Of a stretch of 51,576 bases of DNA, positions 45,348 to 51,576 are shown one piece after another. Both the position numbers and the translations under genes were made by a program. The notes beneath the pieces were generated by a model that ran no database searches, had not been told where the DNA came from, and saw only the letters and a list, made by a program, of their open reading frames with translations. Origin of the DNA: Candidatus Poribacteria bacterium (GTDB lineage Bacteria; Poribacteria; WGA-4E; PCPOR2b); contig JADFGN010000001.1 of the NCBI GenBank assembly GCA_022567695.1, forward strand, positions 1 to 51,576, given 5' to 3'. Position 1 is the stretch's first letter. Each line of letters begins with the position of its first letter.

Positions 45348-45401
45348 CCCGATAGATCGGGGCAGGCTCTGCATCGATTGCATCTTCAGAGTTGTTAATA
45401 A

Positions 45402-45429
45402 GTAGGGGCGAGGTATGCCTCGCCCCTAC
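45402..45429. repeat. REP-like palindrome, family B (GTAGGGGCGAGGTATGCCTCGCCCCTAC)
   Basis: It differs from the 42835 copy by one base in the centre. It lies between the convergent GT2 and radical-SAM genes. Confidence 0.65.
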
Positions 45430-45496
45430 TCAGCCGTAAAATGAACCATCCCCAGATACAGATTCTTTTGGTCTGCTTAACTTGACAATTGAGCCC

Positions 45497-46813
45497 TTAT
45501 CGAAAATTGGGAGACTGCTTCAGCATTCCTCTAAATTTTCGGCGTCGTTCTTGAACTGCGTTCTTAGAATACAGGTTTTTCGATAGCCACAGAAAACCCT
45601 CCTGAAGCTCGTCAACGGTCATATTTTTAGGCAGGAAGTTAATATCAAAGAGTGTACAGAGTTCCCATGCTCTGTCTCGAATAATTCGCCCCTCTTTCTT
45701 TAACCGATGGTACAGCGGCGTACCGGGAAAAGGGGTCATAAAAGTGATCTGCACCTCATACAGCCCTGAATCTCTGACAAAATTGTATACCTCTTCGAAA
45801 ACAGCCGGGGTATCGCCATCTAATCCAAGAATAAAACAACCATTGACCGTAATTCCGTGAGATTGAATTTTCTCAATCGCCGCTCTGTATTTTCCTTGCT
45901 TCCTCATTTTCCAGTTGGCGTTCAATTCAATTCCGTCTAAACTGTCTCTCCGTGGACTTTCCAAGCCGATTAATACTTGCTTACAGCCGGAATCACGCAT
46001 CAAACCCAAGAGTTCGTCGTCTTGAGCGACAGAAAGATCTGTCTCGGTAAACCAGCGGAGGTTTTCTTTTGCCAACGCTCTTAGAAGTTTTTTATAATGT
46101 TTGCGATGGACAAAGCTATTGTCATCCGCAAATTCGATAAATGGTCTGTTCCAAATGCCTTTGATGGCATGGATCTCTTCGATGACCTTTGGCACAGGTT
46201 TGAGTTTATACTTCGAGGTCAAAAGAATAGAGCTTGCGCAGAACTCACATCGGTGTGGACAACCCCTGCTAGTCTGGATAGTGATGCGGTTGTATTTGTC
46301 TGGCTGAAGTAAATCATAGCGGGGAATCGGCGCATCCGCCAAGTCAAAACCTCCCGGTTCAGATTGAAAATAGTAGGGTTTGAGTTGATCTTTCTCGAAG
46401 TCAGACAGAAGTTGAGGCCAGAGCGGTTCTGCTTCTCCGATAACAACGCTGGTGCTGTGCCTCTTGGCTTCTTCGGGAATCGAAGACACATGCAAGCCAC
46501 CCATGACTACGGGAATATTTCTCTGTCGATACCGGTCGGCGAGTTCATACGCCTCGTGAATCTGTGCAGAAAATGAACTAATCGCCACCAAATCGTAGTC
46601 CAGAAAATCTGTTTCATCCTTCAAGTCGGCAATTTCTTTATACTCCACTTCAAATTTCTTTGGCGTCAACGCAGCTAAAGTTAGAAGCGACAGACTAGGC
46701 AGAGAAGCAATAACTTTGCCGCGTTCTACAAAGCCGGGGAGTGTCAAACCGAGTTGGGTGAGTTCTTCATTGTGTGCGCGTATGCCACTCATCGCAATCA
46801 AACCGATTTTCAT
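45497..46813 (-). CDS. B12-binding-domain radical SAM protein
   Basis: The N-terminal B12-binding-like domain begins MKIGLIAMSG... The cluster motif is QTSRGCPHRCEFCAS. The ATG at 46813 forms an ATGA overlap with the upstream stop, so the longer ORF-track start at 46954 is rejected. Confidence 0.8.
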   Translation of the reverse strand: MKIGLIAMSGIRAHNEELTQLGLTLPGFVERGKVIASLPSLSLLTLAALTPKKFEVEYKEIADLKDETDFLDYDLVAISSFSAQIHEAYELADRYRQRNIPVVMGGLHVSSIPEEAKRHSTSVVIGEAEPLWPQLLSDFEKDQLKPYYFQSEPGGFDLADAPIPRYDLLQPDKYNRITIQTSRGCPHRCEFCASSILLTSKYKLKPVPKVIEEIHAIKGIWNRPFIEFADDNSFVHRKHYKKLLRALAKENLRWFTETDLSVAQDDELLGLMRDSGCKQVLIGLESPRRDSLDGIELNANWKMRKQGKYRAAIEKIQSHGITVNGCFILGLDGDTPAVFEEVYNFVRDSGLYEVQITFMTPFPGTPLYHRLKKEGRIIRDRAWELCTLFDINFLPKNMTVDELQEGFLWLSKNLYSKNAVQERRRKFRGMLKQSPNFR

Positions 46814-47202
46814 GATGCAACCTCCCATAATGTCAGAAAGCCAGCTAGGATTAAGCTGATGACTGGAATTGCGAAAATAGTTCTCAATTTGGAATAATGC
46901 GCCATTATGATACAGCAGATGGGCATTGATATCGCTCCAACCACGAATCCCCATGAAGCGATGTCAATCAAGCGACTAGGCGCGTTAAATCCTTGAACCG
47001 TAAAATAAAACATGAGATTCATGATGGCTAACCCGAAAAACGAGATATGAGCCAACCGATAGAGTCTCCGTTTAAAACTCGTGTAACCTCCTAGCCATGA
47101 TTCTCCATGAAAGCCTAAGCCGAGAAGAAAGCCGGAAACAAAGCCTAGAACAATCCAGAGCCAGGCCAAAATCAAGTTGATTTGCACGACGCTAAAATCC
47201 AT
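46810..47202 (-). CDS. Small integral membrane protein (4 predicted TM), unknown family
   Basis: 130 aa, strongly hydrophobic. Its stop codon overlaps the radical-SAM start (ATGA). Confidence 0.6.
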   Translation of the reverse strand: MDFSVVQINLILAWLWIVLGFVSGFLLGLGFHGESWLGGYTSFKRRLYRLAHISFFGLAIMNLMFYFTVQGFNAPSRLIDIASWGFVVGAISMPICCIIMAHYSKLRTIFAIPVISLILAGFLTLWEVAS

Positions 47203-47334
47203 GAGGACTTCATCTCCTCCGCATTATTTTTTAAATCATCATTCTCAATATAGGCAAGTGTCGTGCCAGCCACAAATGAATCGCAAAATGCGGCAAGCGC
47301 ATAGCTTTCTTCCACAATCAGCACTCGGTCGCCG

Positions 47335-47364
47335 CAAAAAAGTTGCACCTTTAAACGAGCAACT
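47335..47364 (-). terminator. Weak intrinsic terminator after the argD-GNAT pair
   Basis: On the minus strand, AGTTGC...GCAACT (6 bp) is followed by TTTTTT. Confidence 0.35.
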
Positions 47365-47414
47365 GCTGCAAAAAAGTCGCTATTTTTTATGAAAATTATT
47401 GAGTTTGAAACACA

Positions 47415-48245
47415 TCATCCGTCACCGGAATTATTTGGTTTGGTGCAAGTTTTAAAATAATAGTGATCAATCCGCCCGTACTTCCTATAACCAATGCGTT
47501 GGGCAAGCCGTATTGATGGGACGTTCATCTTGCGTGCGGCATACACAGGGAGCTTGCCTCTGTCCAAAATCCAACGTGTTGCAGCAGAAACGACGGAGGC
47601 AGCAAGTCCTTCACCTCGATGCGCTTCTCGCGTCTGCAGTGCGCAAATTTCCATCGTCCGCTTGGTGCGCGGCTCAACAAATGCTCCCGAGATGAGTTCT
47701 TCCCCCTGAAAGACACCAAACACGGCAGTATCTGGCCGGGCAAATATCTGTTGGAGATGGTTTGTCGTTCTGCCTGAATGCGTGAAAAGATCGGTTGCTT
47801 GAGGGATATGATGCGCTGCTAATTCGATGACGTTGTGTTCCCGCCGGTCAACGAAATCACACGGTATCAACATAAAATAAGACAGGCCTCCCTTCCATTC
47901 AAGCGATAATCGTCCCATGAGATGTGCCGCAATCCATGGACGGTGAAGTTTGAACAGGAACTCCCGTTTGGGAGGAAGCCGATCAATGAGTCCATCGACG
48001 CCCGCCGTTGAAAGCGACTGTATCCAAATTCTTTGCCAGCACGTCGGATACTGCGCGGCATCCCATGTCCCCGGCTGGGGAGGTTGTATAAATAAAACAC
48101 CGCTCGATTGAGGCATAGAATCAAGCCAGATTTCCAAATTAGCAGGTGGAGCGTTAAGCAAGCGAATCATCGGTGCGTTGACCAATTCATCTTCATATAA
48201 TAGTGACTGAACTCCTTCGAAGTCAGTTGTTTGGGTTATCATCAA
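47415..48245 (-). CDS. GNAT-family (FR47-like) acetyltransferase with N-terminal domain of unknown function
   Basis: 276 aa. The C-terminal GNAT core is ICALQTREAHRGEGLAASVVSAATRWILDRGKLPVY...NVPSIRLAQRIGY. It overlaps the argD stop by 4 nt. Confidence 0.65.
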   Translation of the reverse strand: MMITQTTDFEGVQSLLYEDELVNAPMIRLLNAPPANLEIWLDSMPQSSGVLFIQPPQPGTWDAAQYPTCWQRIWIQSLSTAGVDGLIDRLPPKREFLFKLHRPWIAAHLMGRLSLEWKGGLSYFMLIPCDFVDRREHNVIELAAHHIPQATDLFTHSGRTTNHLQQIFARPDTAVFGVFQGEELISGAFVEPRTKRTMEICALQTREAHRGEGLAASVVSAATRWILDRGKLPVYAARKMNVPSIRLAQRIGYRKYGRIDHYYFKTCTKPNNSGDG

Positions 48246-49435
48246 GCGACCTCCTTAAGGATTTCGCCAAACGCATCAAGTCCATGCCAGAGCAGCTCTT
48301 CAGGGATGTTGAGGGGAGGGAACAGACGAATCACATTTCCTGCGGCACGATTATATAACACACCGCGTTCGATTCCCAGAGAGACAACCATTTTTGCCGC
48401 TTCATCTGATATAAGCTCGACACCAATCAGCAATCCTTTGCCGCGTACCTCTCGAATAAGTGTGGGGAAGGCAGCTTCAATCTTGCGCAACCGAGTCATT
48501 GCAGCCTTTCCGGTATCCCATGCTCTTTCCGCCAAGTTCTCAGCAAGAAGCGTTTCGATGACCGCGTCCCCCACCGCACATGCAAGTGGATTCCCCGAAT
48601 AAGTTCCACCGTGGTCACCAAGCTCACAAGTGCGCATCACTCGTTCAGACGCCAAAAACGCGGCGAGTGGGAAACCGCCTCCAATGCCTTTACCGAGGCA
48701 GAGAATATCGGGAACGATATGCGCGTGCATACAGCCGAGGAAAGCCCCCGTTCGCCCGATTCCCGTTTGGATTTCATCCAAGATTAGCAAAATCCCCCGC
48801 GAATCACAAAGCTCACGAACTCCACGCAGATATGCGGTTTCAGCGACGTGTACTCCCCCTTCACCCTGAATCGGCTCCAAAATCACCGCAGCCGTGTGTT
48901 CGGTGATTGCCTCTGAGATTGCCGCCAGATCATTGTACGGGACAAATTGAAAACCGGGCAGTAGTGGCTGATGGGACGCTTGATGCTTGGGCTGTCCCGT
49001 TGCAGAAAGGGCTCCAAGCGTGCGTCCGTGAAAACTATTCAGCGTCGAAATAATTTCCGTTTTGCCCGTTGCTCGACGCGCCAACTTAAGCGCGCCTTCT
49101 ACAGCTTCTGTGCCACTGTTGACAAAGAAGACCCGATCAATGCCATCAGGACAGGCTTGAACAAGCCGCTGGGCAAATCGGCTTTGCGGGACGGTATAAA
49201 ATAAATTTGAAACCTGCATAAGTTGCTTCGACTGACGGGCAATCGCCTCGATGATTTTTGGATGACTATGTCCCAAGCAACATACACCCCATCCTGCGGT
49301 CAAATCAAGGTATTCGCGTCCTTCAACGTCCCAAACCTTTGCGCCACGTCCTTCTACGAGAACAACTGGATGGCGAGGAAACACTTGCGCATAATATTGA
49401 CGTTCCAGTGAAATGAACTTCTCTGTCTGACTCAT
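48242..49435 (-). CDS. argD: Acetylornithine aminotransferase-type class III PLP aminotransferase
   Basis: 397 aa. Motifs are SNLFYT.PQ, FFVNSGTEAVEGALKLAR, SFHGRTLGALSATGQPK, EPIQGEGGV and LLILDEIQTGIGRTG. An AAGGAG SD lies upstream. Confidence 0.85.
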   Translation of the reverse strand: MSQTEKFISLERQYYAQVFPRHPVVLVEGRGAKVWDVEGREYLDLTAGWGVCCLGHSHPKIIEAIARQSKQLMQVSNLFYTVPQSRFAQRLVQACPDGIDRVFFVNSGTEAVEGALKLARRATGKTEIISTLNSFHGRTLGALSATGQPKHQASHQPLLPGFQFVPYNDLAAISEAITEHTAAVILEPIQGEGGVHVAETAYLRGVRELCDSRGILLILDEIQTGIGRTGAFLGCMHAHIVPDILCLGKGIGGGFPLAAFLASERVMRTCELGDHGGTYSGNPLACAVGDAVIETLLAENLAERAWDTGKAAMTRLRKIEAAFPTLIREVRGKGLLIGVELISDEAAKMVVSLGIERGVLYNRAAGNVIRLFPPLNIPEELLWHGLDAFGEILKEVA

Positions 49436-49456
49436 GTCTTGCTCCTTTCTACAAAC

Positions 49457-49501
49457 AAAAAAAGCCCACTATCAACATCGAATTTGCTGTTGATAGTGGG
49501 C
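49457..49501 (-). terminator. Attenuator terminator 21 nt upstream of the argD ATG
   Basis: On the minus strand, GCCCACTATCAACA (49501-49488) pairs with TGTTGATAGTGGGC (49477-49464) in a 14-bp perfect stem, followed by T7 (49463-49457). The upstream GATAGTGGG (49560-49552) can pair instead with the 5' arm. Confidence 0.7.
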
Positions 49502-49555
49502 TTGTAGATAATTGATCTATTTTACGATGAATGCAACAAAGTTAAAGACCTCCCA

Positions 49556-49690
49556 CTATCCGCTTCTTGAACGCCTGACGCGGATGAAGGAAATTTGGGA
49601 GATACGACTCACGGAGGTATGCGTATGCAAACTTATCATGCGAAAGTCATGAGCAGATAAATTGAATGAGATTTGTTTGAAACTCTGCAT
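49556..49690 (-). CDS. Candidate leader peptide (44 codons, C-terminal ...IRVRRSRSG)
   Basis: A GGAGGA SD lies 7 nt before the ATG at 49690. Four Arg codons (CGC, AGG, CGT, AGA) occur in the last eight sense codons. The TAG stop lies inside the antiterminator arm. Confidence 0.45.
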   Translation of the reverse strand: MQSFKQISFNLSAHDFRMISLHTHTSVSRISQISFIRVRRSRSG

Positions 49691-49716
49691 AAAATTCTCC
49701 TCCGAAAGTGGCTCTT

Positions 49717-49745
49717 ATTATATCGAGTGATTCACTGGATGTCAA
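49717..49745 (-). promoter_or_regulatory. Consensus sigma70 promoter TTGACA-17-TATAAT for the argD leader
   Basis: The minus strand reads TTGACAtccagtgaatcactcgaTATAAT. The -10 element is 27 nt upstream of the leader ATG. Confidence 0.65.
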
Positions 49746-49940
49746 TCTTTTTTGCAGTCGAATTTATGAAAGATATTGTGATGAGTTATTGAATATGATA
49801 TATTAGTCGACGTATTTCTCGTGACGTGATTATGGATAATAAGTGTTCTAAAAGCATTCAAAACGTTGAGAATTTATTAGGCTATCACCTATGAAAAAGG
49901 GCTTCGGTTTAATCCCCCGACTAACAGGAGATAAAGATTA

Positions 49941-50540
49941 ATGGCATACAGTGATTTTTCATTGGAGGACATCAAAACGAAGTTTCAGATCGCAATTTCC
50001 GAGGATGTGAATCTTTTCGGCGACACCAAGCCTTTTGATATCTCGGAGGGGCTTTTAAATACTCTTGAAGATAATATCCCTCTAGCACTTGCCATTGATA
50101 CTGAAAAAGCACGCTCCGAATTTATCATTGCCCCGATATTGGCTGAATACCGGAAGACCTTCAAGGATAAAATCAGCTTATTTTCCGGCACAGACTTTAA
50201 TGTCGCCCCACAACAGGGACTCAATGGTCAATGCGATTTTATTATCAGCCGCTCGACGGAGCAATTTTACGTGAGTACTCCCGTAATTTTCCTCGTTGAA
50301 GCTAAAAATGATCGAATCAAAACGGGCATTCCCCAATGTTTTGCCGAAATGATTGCTGCCCAGATTTTTAACGAGCAAAGAGAAAATGAAATTGATACGA
50401 TTTTCGGTGTCGTATCAACGGGAAGCTTATGGAGATTTCTAAAGCTCGTTGACAATCAAGCATATATCGATTTAGAAGAATATTACGCGAGGGAGATAAG
50501 AAAAATCTTTGGCATATTCGCGTATATGATTGAGGAATAA
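49941..50540 (+). CDS. PD-(D/E)xK nuclease-fold protein (HSDR_N-like), function unknown
   Basis: 199 aa with an AGGAG SD. The motif GQCDFII...VIFLVEAKND fits D...ExK. It looks AT-richer than its neighbours. Confidence 0.55.
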   Translation: MAYSDFSLEDIKTKFQIAISEDVNLFGDTKPFDISEGLLNTLEDNIPLALAIDTEKARSEFIIAPILAEYRKTFKDKISLFSGTDFNVAPQQGLNGQCDFIISRSTEQFYVSTPVIFLVEAKNDRIKTGIPQCFAEMIAAQIFNEQRENEIDTIFGVVSTGSLWRFLKLVDNQAYIDLEEYYAREIRKIFGIFAYMIEE

Positions 50541-50625
50541 TCCTTGCCACAGTCAAGCATTGGGAAATCAATGGGAGATGATATAAGAGATCAGTAAGGC
50601 AGCAAGTGGCGTTAAGGTGTTAAAA

Positions 50626-51285
50626 ATGCACAAGAAATTGATGACATTGTATGATCGACTCTACGCCGCGTATGGGCCACAAAATTGGTGGCCCGCGGAC
50701 ACACCATTCGAAGTGATCATCGGTGCCATTTTAGTACAAGCCACCGCTTGGGGCAACGTTGTGAAAGCAATCAACAATCTGAAAGCCGCCAATCTCCTCA
50801 CACCAAAGCGGTTAGGCAAAGTGCCGCAAGCACAGCTAGAGACGCTTATCCGGCCATCGGGGTACTATCGTGTCAAGGCAAAGAAGGTCCAGGCATTTCT
50901 CGAGCATCTACGCAAGTCTCACAACAATCGGTTGGATTCGCTGTTTGAGAACGATCTCCCCAATTTACGAAAAGAGTTACTCTCGATTTATGGCGTCGGA
51001 GAGGAAACGGCGGATTCGATTCTGCTTTATGCGGCGAAAAAACCGATTTTTGTGGTTGATGCATATACCCACCGTTTGCTCACGCGGCTAGGGTGGATGG
51101 CAGGTAAATACCACTACGCCAGATTACAATCCATCTTCATGTCATCTCTGCCCCACGACCTGCATTTTTTCAATGAATACCACGCTCTCATTGTGCGGCA
51201 TGGATCTAAGACCTGCCGCAAGACGCCACGTTGCCAGACGTGTGTACTCCTCAAGCAATGTCCTTATCCCGTGCATCATGTGTAG
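50626..51285 (+). CDS. Endonuclease III-related HhH-GPD DNA glycosylase-like protein with 4Fe-4S motif
   Basis: The HhH motif is LLSIYGVGEETADSILLYA, followed by VDAYTHR. The C-terminal cluster motif is CRKTPRCQTCVLLKQC. The ATG at 50626 has an AAGG SD. Confidence 0.75.
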   Translation: MHKKLMTLYDRLYAAYGPQNWWPADTPFEVIIGAILVQATAWGNVVKAINNLKAANLLTPKRLGKVPQAQLETLIRPSGYYRVKAKKVQAFLEHLRKSHNNRLDSLFENDLPNLRKELLSIYGVGEETADSILLYAAKKPIFVVDAYTHRLLTRLGWMAGKYHYARLQSIFMSSLPHDLHFFNEYHALIVRHGSKTCRKTPRCQTCVLLKQCPYPVHHV

Positions 51286-51330
51286 CAGTCCTCTGGAAAA
51301 TAAATGTTGAGGGGCTGAATTCGCAAGAAT

Positions 51331-51423
51331 GCGCGAGGTCTGTTGGCTTCCTCCCCGCTTGCGGGGCCGGGGGTTCTTGCCCACCCGAAGGGTTTAGAAC
51401 CGAATTTTTGCAAATTCGGCTAC
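51331..51423 (-). repeat. Composite REP-like element (minus strand GTAGCCGAATTTgcaaAAATTCGG ... CCCTTCGGGTGGGC ... ACAGACCTCGCGC)
   Basis: It contains several hairpins: CCGAATTT/AAATTCGG, GGTTCT/AGAACC and CCCCGC/GCGGGG. It shares GCGYGAGGTCTGT and CCCACCCGAAGGG with 43276-43315. Confidence 0.45.
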
Positions 51424-51576
51424 ACTGTATTACTTTTTTTAAAAAAATTATGTGTTGACTTTGATGATATTTATCGTGGTAATATTAACTAATTTTCACT
51501 ATTAAACTATATATTTCAAACCACAGGACCCGCATTATAACTGAATTCTTGCGGAAACTTATTCCCGAAAATTAGT

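Noticed and set aside
42605-45430. CRISPR array among the repeated palindromes
   Set aside because: The repeats belong to different families, are not regularly spaced, have no uniform spacer lengths, and no cas genes are nearby.
45497-46954. Longer N-terminal extension of the radical SAM ORF (start at 46954)
   Set aside because: The extension overlaps the hydrophobic membrane-protein gene in another frame and is not domain-like. The ATG at 46813 gives a canonical MKIGLIAMSG B12-domain start and an ATGA stop/start junction.
44086-49435. Hopanoid side-chain cluster (HpnI GT2, HpnJ/HpnP B12-rSAM, HpnO aminotransferase)
   Set aside because: The combination is superficially similar, but the aminotransferase has clear ArgD motifs and an Arg-type leader. 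The rSAM N-terminus does not resemble what I recall of HpnJ. The genes are in three separate transcription units, and there is no shc, hpnH or hpnG.
49436-49745. T-box or ligand riboswitch as an alternative explanation for the argD leader
   Set aside because: The leader has no T-box sequence (AAnnnGGGUGGnACCGCG) and no specifier-loop architecture. A well-placed SD and ORF whose stop codon lies in the antiterminator arm fits ribosome-mediated attenuation better. An unknown riboswitch cannot be fully excluded.
51455-51490. Promoter TTGACT ... TAATAT near the window end
   Set aside because: The spacer is 19 nt to the best -10 element, and no downstream gene is visible in the window.

Overview
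This is a 51.6-kb chromosomal segment from a Gram-negative-type bacterium, judged from an OM beta-barrel gene, several lipoprotein lipoboxes, Shine-Dalgarno sites and textbook TTGACA-17-TATAAT promoters. The lineage cannot be named from sequence alone. About 50 CDS are supported. Most are housekeeping or metabolic genes: queE, ggt, trmB, csp, trpF, amtB-glnK, argD, a Ski2-like helicase, SDRs, amidohydrolase, nucleoside hydrolase, GT2, GT39 and a B12-radical SAM enzyme. These are mixed with secreted and surface proteins (LamG, TPR/HEAT/PDZ lipoproteins, a sulfatase-like enzyme). I found no rRNA, tRNA, CRISPR array, transposase or integrase gene. The main signals worth follow-up are as follows. 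(1) A complete leader-peptide attenuator sits in front of argD: canonical promoter, SD plus a 44-codon Arg-rich ORF, a 9-bp antiterminator overlapping its stop codon, and a 14-bp stem/T7 terminator 21 nt before the argD ATG. argD is translationally coupled to an uncharacterised GNAT. (2) Three secreted proteins, two of them tandem LamG paralogs with duplicated promoters, share a short extreme C-terminal tag KLTTTW[GA]x[IV]K that matches no named sorting signal I know. (3) Several families of GTAG-headed palindromic (REP-like) elements are scattered in intergenic DNA. They are concentrated in a 1.5-kb gene desert (42.6-44.1 kb), which also holds a 112-bp MITE-like unit with 12-bp TIRs and an 8-bp target-site duplication. 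(4) A sulfatase-family protein carries Thr at the formylglycine position. (5) A roughly 250-nt GC-rich non-coding stretch (34.26-34.51 kb) looks like a structured RNA of unidentified class. All functional calls come from motif recognition by eye, and no database search was possible.
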